Assembly: GCA_025059195.1 (NCBI GenBank)
Contig: JANXDU010000031.1
Coordinates: 91,892-155,891 of the forward strand
From: Candidatus Bathyarchaeota archaeon
GTDB taxonomy: Archaea; Thermoproteota; Bathyarchaeia; Bathyarchaeales; Bathycorpusculaceae
DNA: 64,000 bases
Direction: 5' to 3'
How positions within the stretch are numbered: the first letter of the stretch is position 1; each line of letters starts with the position of its first letter. This document shows, piece by piece, positions 17,143 to 26,115 of this stretch. The notes under the pieces were generated by a model, which ran no database searches, was not told the origin of the DNA, and saw nothing but the letters and a program-made list of their open reading frames with translations. The position numbers were made by a program, and so were the translations under genes.

Positions 17143-17739
17143 CTACTCTACAACATATCTGTAAACAACATGTTCGCCTGCTGTCGGGCTTTTGCGGGTT
17201 ATACGTAAAATATCACCTGGTTTCGCACCTATGGCTTTGGCCGCGGGGTCTGAAGCCTTGATTTGTGGTAGCTGATATGGCTTTACTTTATATTGGGCGA
17301 GAACTTTTTCACGTTCTTCGGGCGTTAAGATTTCATGTTTTGGCACAAGTTTATGTTCAAAGATGTCGAAGACTGGAAAAGTTTTTGGAAGAAGCTCTAT
17401 ATGTTTTTTCTTTGCTGCTTGTTTTGCGGCGTTGGTGTATCGTCCGCTTGCAATGAGTATTCCATGCTCTATTTCTGCCTCTTTCATGGCTTTTGCCATA
17501 CGATTTATGGTTAGTATACCAACCGTATCGTCTGAAACACACCAGATTAAAATTTTCCTTCCTTCATCTTTTTGGGCTTCAACAATGTAACTTGCTATAC
17601 CTTTGGTCTTTTCCTTTTTAATAAACCCGTAGCCCCTGAGCTTGATTAAGATTTTTGCTTTACGTTCTTCCAAAGTTTCTTCTTCAACACTCAAACTGTT
17701 AAACCCCGTTTGTGAATTAGAGTATTCGAACTCTAACAT
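17143..17739 (-). CDS. rpoH: RNA polymerase subunit H (Rpo5) with a long N-terminal extension resembling the eukaryotic Rpb5 N-terminal domain
   Basis: The C-terminal 75 aa are a clear RpoH/Rpb5-C domain ([68 protein letters not shown]). The N-terminal ~120 aa show Rpb5-N / inactivated Mrr-like features ([51 protein letters not shown]). Confidence 0.8.
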   Translation of the reverse strand: MLEFEYSNSQTGFNSLSVEEETLEERKAKILIKLRGYGFIKKEKTKGIASYIVEAQKDEGRKILIWCVSDDTVGILTINRMAKAMKEAEIEHGILIASGRYTNAAKQAAKKKHIELLPKTFPVFDIFEHKLVPKHEILTPEEREKVLAQYKVKPYQLPQIKASDPAAKAIGAKPGDILRITRKSPTAGEHVVYRYVVE

Positions 17740-17807
17740 GGCGTAAACCTTTAAACTTTGCGCTTGCCAAAGCTTAAAAACTTGAGCTTTAATTATCTAA
17801 CTGTTCT

Positions 17808-19277
17808 ATGAAAGTTGGTGGTGTCGAGGTGTCTGTGGATTTTGGAAAATTAGCCTTAAACGAAGCCGCCAAAAGGGGAGCGTCCTACGCTGACATTAGA
17901 ATCAGCGAAATCCTAAACGAAAATCTAACGGTGAAGAACGGCGAGCCAGAAACGGTATCCTATTCGCAATTGAGGGGTTTTGGCGTAAGAGTAATAGTCG
18001 ACGGAGCTTGGGGTTTTGCGGGTTCCGTTGACATAACAAAGGAGGAGATTAAACGCTGCGTTGAGTTAGCTGTAAATATTGCAAAGGCTAGCGCCATGCT
18101 GAAAAAAGGAGAAGTTGTCTTGATAAAGGAAAAAGCTCACCGCGAGAAATATGCAACGAGCTTTAATAAAGACCCCTTCAAAGTTCCGCTGGAAGAAAAG
18201 CTTAAAGTTCTAGTTGAGGCTGGCCGCTTCCTAAAAGAGTTTTCACCGTCAGTGAATGTTTCCTACGCCCATTACCGCGGCTATCGTGAAAACAAGCTTT
18301 TCATGAGTAGTGAGGGCGCTGAGATAAGTCAGCAGATAACATGGTGTGGTGGAGGAATTTCAGCCATAGCTGTTAAAGGCTCAGAAGTTCAAGTGAGGTC
18401 CTATCCATCGGCTTTTCGCGGCGATTTCGCCACGAGCGGCTATGAGTTTTTCGAGTCCCTCGCCTTAATGGATCACGCTCAAACCGTCGGAAAAGAGCTT
18501 CTCCAACTTTTCGAGGCTGAAAAGTGTCCGTCTGGCGAATTGGATTTAATCCTACGTGGCGATCAGCTGGCTTTGCAGATCCATGAAAGCTGCGGGCATC
18601 CAACAGAACTTGACCGGGTTCTTGGGACAGAAGCCGACTATGCTGGCACCAGTTTTCTAACGCCCGAAAAACTTGGAAATTTCCGCTATGGTTCAGAGAA
18701 AGTTAATATTGTGGCAGATGCTACGGCGCCTTTGGGGCTTGGAACTTTCGGTTTCGACGATGAAGGAACAAAAGCGAAGAAGGTTTACCTGATCAAGGAG
18801 GGCGTTTTTGTCGGATATCAAAGCTCAAGAGAAACTGCTGCTCAACTTGGTCTAAAAGAAAGCAGCGGCGGAATGCGGGCAGACTCACCTCTGGCTTTAC
18901 CTATCATAAGGATGACTAATATTAACCTGCTTCCAGGCGATTATAAAGCCGAAGAAATTATTGAGGACACTAAAGAGGGAGTTTTAATGATGACGAACCG
19001 TTCATGGAGCATAGATGACAAAAGGATAAACTTCCAATTCGGCACGGAAATCGGTTGGCTTATAAAGAATGGAAGCCTTGAAAAGATGGTTAAGAATCCA
19101 ACGTATATGGGTATAACTCCGCAGTTCTGGGGCTCATGCGACGCTGTCAGCAAAGACGACTGGAAGATGTGGGGTACACCAAACTGCGGTAAAGGTGTAC
19201 CCGGCCAAGTCATGTATGTTGGGCATGGATGTGGAACCGCCCGGTTCAAGAAGGTTCATGTTGGACTAATAAAATGA
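17808..19277 (+). CDS. tldD: TldD-type metalloprotease (peptidase U62)
   Basis: 489 aa with the HESCGHPTELDR metal-binding motif and a Gly-rich C-terminal core. Confidence 0.9.
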   Translation: MKVGGVEVSVDFGKLALNEAAKRGASYADIRISEILNENLTVKNGEPETVSYSQLRGFGVRVIVDGAWGFAGSVDITKEEIKRCVELAVNIAKASAMLKKGEVVLIKEKAHREKYATSFNKDPFKVPLEEKLKVLVEAGRFLKEFSPSVNVSYAHYRGYRENKLFMSSEGAEISQQITWCGGGISAIAVKGSEVQVRSYPSAFRGDFATSGYEFFESLALMDHAQTVGKELLQLFEAEKCPSGELDLILRGDQLALQIHESCGHPTELDRVLGTEADYAGTSFLTPEKLGNFRYGSEKVNIVADATAPLGLGTFGFDDEGTKAKKVYLIKEGVFVGYQSSRETAAQLGLKESSGGMRADSPLALPIIRMTNINLLPGDYKAEEIIEDTKEGVLMMTNRSWSIDDKRINFQFGTEIGWLIKNGSLEKMVKNPTYMGITPQFWGSCDAVSKDDWKMWGTPNCGKGVPGQVMYVGHGCGTARFKKVHVGLIK

Positions 19278-19292
19278 GGGGGTTGATGGAGA

Positions 19293-20666
19293 ATGGTTGT
19301 GGAAAGGTTGAGGGAAATTGCTGAAAAAACTGTTCAATACGCCCTGCAACAAAAGGTTTCCCAAGCCCAAGCGGTTGCCTTTCTATTAGACAACGCCTTA
19401 ACCCGTTTTGCAAACTCTCGAATCCACCAAAACGTTGACCAGAAAAGTGGCGGAGTGGCCATTAAAGTTGTTTTAGATAAACGGATAAGCACAGTCCAAG
19501 CAGATACCCTTGATGAAAGCGGCGTTAAGGATGCTGTGCAACAAGCCATCAAAATCGCCAAGGCGTCTTCACCCAACAAGGACTTCAAAAACCTTCCGGA
19601 ACCGGAGCCGTGGAAACCTGTGAAAGGAGCGTTTGACAAAGAAACCGCTGAATGCACGCCGATGCTTAGAGCTGAAAAGGTTAAAGAAGCCATAGAAACA
19701 GCCCATGAAAAATCACCTAAAGTTACGGGGGTTGCCGGCTATCTTTGCACTCAATCCGTGGGCTATGCGGTTGCGAACTCGCTGGGAGTTTCAGCTTGGG
19801 CCGAGCTAACATTAGCCTACATGAAAACAACAGTGATTTCGCAGGATGGGGGTTCGGAAGGTTTTGGCACTGCAGAACAATATTCCAGACGCTTTAAAGA
19901 CATTAAGCCGTCCGTTTTGGCCGACGACGCTGCAGAAAAATCTGTGCGGAGCCTTCATCCCGTGAAAATTGAACCAGGCGAATACGAAGTTGTTCTATCA
20001 CCTCTAGCAGTTTCAGTTATTTTGACATATATGGGTATGGTGGGCTTTTCAGCCACAGCCTACCAGGACGGCCAGTCTTTTGTTAAGTACCTTGCAAACC
20101 AGCAAGTTTTTGATAGTAAACTCAATTTAGTTGATAACGCTAGGAATCCGAAGACCCTTTACGCTGTGCCCGTGGACGGTGAAGGGGTTCCCAAGAAACC
20201 TTTGGAGTTAATTGTGGATGGAAAGGTTTCCGAAAAGAGTATATGCTACAACTCTTTCACTGCTGGAAAGGAAGGCAAAAAGAGTACCGGCCATGCCCTT
20301 CCACCGATGGGCGACTTTTATCGCGAGAGGCCCGCGCCCTACAACATGATCTTAGAACCTGGAGATGCAGCAGTGGAAGAAGCCATTGAAGATACGAAAC
20401 ATGGAATATTTGTGACAACGTTCCACTACGTCAACCCAGTTGAGCCTACAAAACTCATATTGACTGGGCTTACAAGAGACGGCACGTTTCTCATAGAAAA
20501 AGGTGAAATAACCAAGCCGATTGTCAATATGCGTTTCACAGACAGCATGCTCTCAGCGTTCAAAGAAGTACCGATGGTTGGTGAGACTTTAGAAATCATT
20601 AGAACCACAACGGTTCCGATGGTTAAATTGAAGAAGATGCGGTTTGTAGGCGTTTCAGCTTATTGA
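19293..20666 (+). CDS. pmbA: PmbA/TldE partner of TldD (peptidase U62)
   Basis: A U62-family paralogue lacking the HExxxH-like motif. It lies immediately downstream of tldD. Confidence 0.85.
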   Translation: MVVERLREIAEKTVQYALQQKVSQAQAVAFLLDNALTRFANSRIHQNVDQKSGGVAIKVVLDKRISTVQADTLDESGVKDAVQQAIKIAKASSPNKDFKNLPEPEPWKPVKGAFDKETAECTPMLRAEKVKEAIETAHEKSPKVTGVAGYLCTQSVGYAVANSLGVSAWAELTLAYMKTTVISQDGGSEGFGTAEQYSRRFKDIKPSVLADDAAEKSVRSLHPVKIEPGEYEVVLSPLAVSVILTYMGMVGFSATAYQDGQSFVKYLANQQVFDSKLNLVDNARNPKTLYAVPVDGEGVPKKPLELIVDGKVSEKSICYNSFTAGKEGKKSTGHALPPMGDFYRERPAPYNMILEPGDAAVEEAIEDTKHGIFVTTFHYVNPVEPTKLILTGLTRDGTFLIEKGEITKPIVNMRFTDSMLSAFKEVPMVGETLEIIRTTTVPMVKLKKMRFVGVSAY

Positions 20667-20671
20667 ACATC

Positions 20672-20686
20672 CTCTTTTTCTTTTTG
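20672..20686 (+). terminator. oligo-T tract (two T5 runs) after pmbA, in the convergent gap with nrdG
   Basis: The sequence cctctttttctttttg directly follows the pmbA stop. Archaeal termination typically uses oligo-T runs. Confidence 0.35.
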
Positions 20687-20717
20687 TAAAGGTTAGGCGA
20701 CAAATTATCCCATAGAC

Positions 20718-21395
20718 TTAAACACGGATTACCACGTTTTCCACGTATTTCTTCATAATTTCAGCGAATTCGTTTATTGTTTCTAGTGTGTAGGGTTTGA
20801 CTGTTTGATAATGCTTGTCTAATGTGTCTTCTGGAATAAATTGTTGAAGAGCGTAGGTACTCGCCCCTTTCACAATCTCGCCCATTATGGTTATGTCTTT
20901 TTCTTCAACTATGTTTGGGACAACAGTTGTTCTGAATTCGTATTCTACTGCGCCCTTTTTTAATATTTCAATAGTCCGTAGGAGTGTTGTCGCATCTCTT
21001 ACTCCTAAAATGGGGTATTTCTCTGGTGAAGTTTTGAAGTCCAAAGCCACATAATCCACGTGGGGGAGACATTCCTCTAAAACTGTCGGGTTTAGGCCGT
21101 TTGTGTCAAGTTTGACGGCGAAACCGCTTTCCTTAAGCCTTTTTAGAAAGCGGGGAAGTTCTTTATGAATTGTTGGCTCTCCTCCCGTTACGACGACGGC
21201 GTCCACATATTTTTTGCGTTCCTCCAGCATATGGAAGGCTGTTTCCTCGTTTAGAAAGGGTGGTTTTGGATCTACAACGATGCGCCAGTTATAGCAGTAT
21301 GGACAGCGCATGTTGCAGCCCGGCGTGAATAGTACGGCTGCCACTCGATCTGGGTAGTCTATTAAGCTGGTTTTTTGCAAGCCGCTGAACTTCAT
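20718..21395 (-). CDS. nrdG: anaerobic ribonucleoside-triphosphate reductase activating protein (radical SAM)
   Basis: CNMRCPYCYN radical-SAM cluster motif and GGEPT. Immediately downstream of nrdD. Confidence 0.85.
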   Translation of the reverse strand: MKFSGLQKTSLIDYPDRVAAVLFTPGCNMRCPYCYNWRIVVDPKPPFLNEETAFHMLEERKKYVDAVVVTGGEPTIHKELPRFLKRLKESGFAVKLDTNGLNPTVLEECLPHVDYVALDFKTSPEKYPILGVRDATTLLRTIEILKKGAVEYEFRTTVVPNIVEEKDITIMGEIVKGASTYALQQFIPEDTLDKHYQTVKPYTLETINEFAEIMKKYVENVVIRV

Positions 21396-21402
21396 TTGGG
21401 GG

Positions 21403-23526
21403 TCACCGAGCTGTCACGGCTTGGGGTGTGATGGCGGTTTTTTCAAAGGTTCTACGTATTGCGAATTCGGCTTGTTTTCCGTCGTTCCACTGGTCTATTG
21501 GGCGGAGGTAACCCACCACTCGTGAATACACTTCGCAACGGGCTCCGCACTTGGGGCATTGTTTGTGTTCGCCGCTTAGATAGCCGTGGGTTGGGCAGAT
21601 GCTGAAGGTCGGCGTCAGCGTGAAGTATGGTATGCGGAAGTTCCATGCTACTTTGCGGATGAGTTCTGCTGCGGATTTCCACGAGTATAGGCGTTCTCCA
21701 AGATATATGTGAAAGACTGTTCCACCAGTGTATAGAGGTTGAAGCTTGTCTTGATGCTCTAAAGCCTCAAAAAGGTCCGCATCATAGTCCACTGGCAGCT
21801 GTGAAGAGTTTGTGTAGAAGGGTTCTGCGCCTTTAGCCAAATATTTCTCGTTTGCTACGATGATGTCTGGGTATTTGCGTTTGTCTATGCGGGCCAAGCG
21901 GTAGCTAGCGCCTTCGGCTGGTGTTGCCTCCAGATTGTAAATGTTGCCTGTTTCCTCCTGAAAGTCTGCGAGTTTTTCCCGCATGAAGTTCAGCACTTTC
22001 ACTGCAAATTCGAGGCCTTCAGGTGTGGCTATACTGTAGCCGAAAAGGTTTTGGACGGCCTCATTCATGCCCACCAAGCCTATGGTTGAAAAGTGGTTTT
22101 TCCAATATTTTCCAAAGGTTTCTTTTACGCCGTGAAGATACCGCTTCGAGTATGGGTATAAGCCTTTCTCAGTGAACTGTTCCAGAACTTTGCGTTTTAT
22201 TTCCAGGCTGTCTTTGGCTAGCTCCATAAGTGCCTCTAGGCGTTCAAAGAATTCGTCTTCATCTTTGGATAAATAGCCAATTCTTGGAAGGTTTATGGTT
22301 ACAACGCCTATGCTGCCCGTAAGCGGGTTAGCCCCGAAGAAGCCTCCGCCACGTTTACGGAGTTCCCTATTGTCTATTCTCAGGCGGCAGCACATGCTCC
22401 GAACGTCTTCGGGTTTCATGTCGCTGTTCACAAAGTTTGAGAAGTATGGCGCCCCATATTTTGCGGCTACTTCAAAGATTTTTTGGGAAACCAGCGAATC
22501 CCAGTCAAAGTCTTTTGTTATACAGTATGTTGGAATCGGAAAAGTGAAAACTCTTCCCTTAGCGTCGCCTTCGCTTAGAACCTTTGCAAAAGCCAAGTTG
22601 AACATTTCCATCTCTTTTTCCATTTCGCCATAAGTGGCGTCCACGACCTTTCCGCCTACTATGGCTGGCTCATCCTTCATAAAGTCTGGAACTTCCATGT
22701 CCAGGGTTACATTCGTGAAGGGTGTTTGAAAGCCTACACGGGTCGGCACATTCATGTTGAAGAAGAATTCTTGGAGGGCTTGTTCCACTTCTCTTTGGTT
22801 TAAGCCATCATAACGTATGAAAGGCGCAAGGTAAGTGTCAAAGTTCGAGAAGGCTTGGGCGCCGGCGGCCTCGCCCTGTAATGTGTAGAAGAAGTTCACC
22901 ACTTGGCCTAAAGCTGTTCTGAAATGTTTGGCTGGGGTGCTTTCAATTTTGCCCGGCACTCCTCCGAAGCCTGTCAATAGCAGGTCTTTTATGTCCCAGC
23001 CCACGCAGTACGGTCCCAGCACGCCTAGGTCGTGGATGTGCATGTCGCCGGAAAAGTGGGCTTCAGCTATGTTGGGCGGGTATATGCGGCCTATCCAGTA
23101 TTTGGCAATAACCGTGGATGAGAGGTAATTGTTTAAGCCTTGGAGTGAATAGCTCATGTTAGAATTTTCTTTAACCCGCCAGTCCTCCATCTCCAGGTAT
23201 TGGTCTACAAGGTCTGCCTGGCTTAGGAGAGCTGCGAGCTCTCTTATGTCTTGGTGCTGTTTACGGTAAAGAATGTAGGCTTTAGCGGTCCTCGCGTGGC
23301 CGTTCTCTATCAAAACCTTTTCTACGACGTCTTGAATTTCCTCAACAGTTGGGACACCGTCTTCGCCGAACCGCTTTTTAAGCTCAGCGACCACTTGGTC
23401 GCTTAATTTTTTGGCTAGTTCACGGTCTTTTCCACCCACAGCCTTGGCGGCTTTCCAAATAGCGTTTGTTATTTTTTCTTGGTCGAAGGGTTCAAGTCTT
23501 CCATCCCGTTTTCTAACAAACTTCAA
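21403..23526 (-). CDS. nrdD: anaerobic (class III) ribonucleoside-triphosphate reductase with N-terminal ATP-cone
   Basis: ATP-cone start (KFVRKRDGRLEPFDQEKI), C-terminal Zn site (CPTHG..CPKCG) and glycyl-radical motif SRVVGY. The TTG start overlaps the nrdR stop (TTGA). Confidence 0.95.
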   Translation of the reverse strand: MKFVRKRDGRLEPFDQEKITNAIWKAAKAVGGKDRELAKKLSDQVVAELKKRFGEDGVPTVEEIQDVVEKVLIENGHARTAKAYILYRKQHQDIRELAALLSQADLVDQYLEMEDWRVKENSNMSYSLQGLNNYLSSTVIAKYWIGRIYPPNIAEAHFSGDMHIHDLGVLGPYCVGWDIKDLLLTGFGGVPGKIESTPAKHFRTALGQVVNFFYTLQGEAAGAQAFSNFDTYLAPFIRYDGLNQREVEQALQEFFFNMNVPTRVGFQTPFTNVTLDMEVPDFMKDEPAIVGGKVVDATYGEMEKEMEMFNLAFAKVLSEGDAKGRVFTFPIPTYCITKDFDWDSLVSQKIFEVAAKYGAPYFSNFVNSDMKPEDVRSMCCRLRIDNRELRKRGGGFFGANPLTGSIGVVTINLPRIGYLSKDEDEFFERLEALMELAKDSLEIKRKVLEQFTEKGLYPYSKRYLHGVKETFGKYWKNHFSTIGLVGMNEAVQNLFGYSIATPEGLEFAVKVLNFMREKLADFQEETGNIYNLEATPAEGASYRLARIDKRKYPDIIVANEKYLAKGAEPFYTNSSQLPVDYDADLFEALEHQDKLQPLYTGGTVFHIYLGERLYSWKSAAELIRKVAWNFRIPYFTLTPTFSICPTHGYLSGEHKQCPKCGARCEVYSRVVGYLRPIDQWNDGKQAEFAIRRTFEKTAITPQAVTAR

Positions 23527-23972
23527 GTTTTATTCACCTCTTTCAGCACGCGACGGAAGTCTTCGGGCTCTTCAAATCTGCGGTATACAGAGGCGAAGCG
23601 CACGTAGGCCACGCGGTCAAGGGTTTTCAAGTGTTTCATTACTAGGTCGCCGATTTCTTGGGAGGACACTTCTTCCTTGCCTAGCTGCATCAACTCCTGC
23701 CTAACTTTTTCGGCTAGGGAGCGAATTTGTTCCATGGTTACAGGTCTTTTTTCGCAGGCTTTCTGTAAGCCTCTAATAATTTTGTTTAGGTCGAAACGTT
23801 CTAGTCTTCCGTCGCGTTTCCGCACCATCAGCTCAATGGCCTCTACATACTCGTATGTTGTGAAGCGTTTTCCGCAGTCACTACATTCCTTTCGCCTTCT
23901 TATGGTGTTGTCTGCGGAGTCGCGGGTTTCGAGGGTTTTGATGTTTTCTGAGCCGCAGTATGGGCATTTCAT
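23523..23972 (-). CDS. nrdR: NrdR transcriptional repressor (Zn ribbon + ATP-cone)
   Basis: MKCPYCGSENIKTLETRDS...RRRKECSDCGKRFTTYEYVE followed by an ATP-cone (VRKRDGRLERFDLNKI). ATG at 23972 is preferred over the 31-codon upstream extension. Confidence 0.9.
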   Translation of the reverse strand: MKCPYCGSENIKTLETRDSADNTIRRRKECSDCGKRFTTYEYVEAIELMVRKRDGRLERFDLNKIIRGLQKACEKRPVTMEQIRSLAEKVRQELMQLGKEEVSSQEIGDLVMKHLKTLDRVAYVRFASVYRRFEEPEDFRRVLKEVNKT

Positions 23973-23993
23973 GAAGGCTTCCCGTCGCGCGCT

Positions 23994-24041
23994 GATCAAT
24001 TTTAGTGTTTTAAAGCTAATTTCATGCACTAAATATAGTGG
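23994..24041 (-). promoter_or_regulatory. candidate nrdR-nrdDG promoter: TATA box flanked by NrdR-box-like palindromes
   Basis: Minus-strand reading: CCACTATATTTAGTGC (13 of 16 to my recollection of the NrdR-box consensus acaCwAtATaTwGtgt). The TATA-like CTTTAAAA follows, then a weaker half-box ACACTAAAATTGATC about 33 nt from the first. The TATA lies about 35 nt upstream of the ATG. Confidence 0.35.
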
Positions 24042-24561
24042 TGCTTTTAACCCTTTGTGCAGCAAAAATTAAAATTGGGCATGAACTTGAAGCCAAAAAT
24101 ATACAAAATCCAGTAGCATCCAACAGAAAATAAAACCGAAAAATCGCTCTAAACTCAAAATTAAAAACGAAATAAAGCCTAAACGCTTGAAAAACCAGCT
24201 TTAAATGATTTTTCACAACAGAAGCGCATAGAGGCTCCGTAGGAAAACGAGAAGTCAATAAAAGTTGAAATATTAGGCTTAAAGGCTTACGTCAAAGTTG
24301 CATTGGTAAATAACATTTATTCCATGAGCATGGGCAAGGTTCTAAGTGGTTTAGGCACTTTGACGCGTGTGGGGCAATCCATATTTACCCAATAGTGCAA
24401 GCGCTACAGACAGTTTTTTGGTCGCTTTCTGTTGGCGTTCTGACAACTTTAAACTACATTTTATTTCTCACAAGGGGAAAAGCTGGTTTTGAATTAGGGA
24501 CTATTTGAAATTGAAAATGTTCTTATCCTTAATTCGTGATATTAACTGTTGGGTTCAAGGA

Positions 24562-26115
24562 ATGATTGTTGAAAATGTTGCTAAAGACGTTATTACAAGT
24601 CGTGAGATGCGGGCTTTAGAGTTAAACGCTGAATACTTCGGTGTTTCTCAGCTTCAACTAATGGAAAACGCTGGGAGGAATATAGCCCAAGAAATAGCCT
24701 CCAGATTTACGCCAGACAAAAAAATTGCGGTTTTCTGTGGTTTAGGCGGCAATGGTGGAGACGGGTTCGTCGCAGCTAGGCACCTTGCAGCGATGGGCTT
24801 TAAGGTAACAGTAATTCTTGCGGGGAGGGCAAGCGAAATCTCCCACAAAGCAGCCCTTGAGAACTGGAAAGCACTACAGTTTCTTAGGGAAAGCATAACA
24901 ATCCATGAAGTTTATGACAGCTCGCTTATGCCTGATATAGACGCAGACATAATCATAGATGCCCTCCTCGGAACTGGAACAAAAGGCAAGCTTAAACCAC
25001 CAATAAAACAATTTGTCGAAAAAATTAATTCATGGAACGCTTTTAAAGTGGCTGTCGATGTGCCAACGGGTATAAACTCTGACACCGGCGAAATTTTGGG
25101 AACCGCTGTAAAAGCGAATTTAACGATAACTTTCTATAAAACCAAAAAGGGGCTGGAAAATTCAAGGGAGTATACTGGAGAGTTAAAAGTTAAAGATATC
25201 GGATTGCCGTCGGAACTTGAAAATTACGCGGGACCTGGAGATGTAAAACTTGTAGTGAAAGCTCGTGTCCCGGAATCCCGTAAAGGAGACTATGGAAGAC
25301 TGCTGGTTATTGGAGGAAGCGAAACCTTTTCTGGGGCTCCAGCCCTGGTGGCGTTTGCAGCCTTAAGGACTGGTGTTGATTTGGCTTATATTGCTGCGCC
25401 ACAAAAAACAGCATATACAATTTCAGCCATGTCGCCGGACTTAATCACCGTAAAGCTTGAAGGAGAACACTTAAACGTTGGTAACGTTCCAACCCTAAAA
25501 ACCTACATTGAAAAATCAGACGCTGTTGTTCTAGGTCCAGGGATTGGGCTTCACACGGAGACAAGAGATGCTGTTAAAGCTTTGATTGAAATTGTGGAGG
25601 AAGCTGGTAAACCACTTTTGCTGGACGCTGACGGCTTGAAGGCCTTTGCAGATTTCAAGAGAAAGCTAAACATACCAGTGGTTTTAACGCCCCACGCTGG
25701 AGAGTATGCTATACTAACTGGAAAAACGCTACCGGAAAGCCTCAAGGAAAAGGCTTTAGAAGTCCAGAAGACGGCTGCTGAGCTGGGCGCTGTAATGCTT
25801 CTCAAAGGCCCAGTGGACGTGATCGCCGATAAAAAACGGTTTAAACTTAATTTTACGGGAAATCCGGGAATGACTGTTGGCGGAACTGGAGATGTGCTTT
25901 CAGGCATTGTGGGCGCTTTCCTAGCGCAAGGCGCCGACCCTTTTGAGGCTGCTGTTGCCGGAGCTTTTGTTAACGGTGCCGCCGGGGATTTCGCCTCTGC
26001 AGAGAAGGGCTACCATATAACTGCCTCTGACCTTCTGGAATGGGTCCCCAAAGTATTGGATGACCCCATGAGCCATTTAAAGGTGCAAAAAACAAGTGGA
26101 GCAAAAACCACTTAA
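24562..26115 (+). CDS. nnr: bifunctional NAD(P)H-hydrate repair enzyme Nnr (YjeF_N epimerase + ADP-dependent dehydratase)
   Basis: The N-domain carries GLGGNGGDGFVAARHL. The C-domain carries a carbohydrate-kinase-like GGTGDVLSGIVGAF. ATG at 24562 is preferred over 24505. Confidence 0.9.
   Translation: MIVENVAKDVITSREMRALELNAEYFGVSQLQLMENAGRNIAQEIASRFTPDKKIAVFCGLGGNGGDGFVAARHLAAMGFKVTVILAGRASEISHKAALENWKALQFLRESITIHEVYDSSLMPDIDADIIIDALLGTGTKGKLKPPIKQFVEKINSWNAFKVAVDVPTGINSDTGEILGTAVKANLTITFYKTKKGLENSREYTGELKVKDIGLPSELENYAGPGDVKLVVKARVPESRKGDYGRLLVIGGSETFSGAPALVAFAALRTGVDLAYIAAPQKTAYTISAMSPDLITVKLEGEHLNVGNVPTLKTYIEKSDAVVLGPGIGLHTETRDAVKALIEIVEEAGKPLLLDADGLKAFADFKRKLNIPVVLTPHAGEYAILTGKTLPESLKEKALEVQKTAAELGAVMLLKGPVDVIADKKRFKLNFTGNPGMTVGGTGDVLSGIVGAFLAQGADPFEAAVAGAFVNGAAGDFASAEKGYHITASDLLEWVPKVLDDPMSHLKVQKTSGAKTT

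Noticed and set aside
24022-24258. 78-aa minus-strand ORF inside the long A-rich spacer.
   Set aside because: It is Phe/Leu-rich and low-complexity, a direct consequence of translating a T-rich strand. It overlaps the nrdR promoter and has no start context or motif.
24042-24561. Replication origin (AT-rich unwinding element with ORB repeats).
   Set aside because: I could find no repeated origin-recognition-box-like motifs (TCCA...GGAAA type). No orc1/cdc6 gene is adjacent. AT-richness alone is insufficient.
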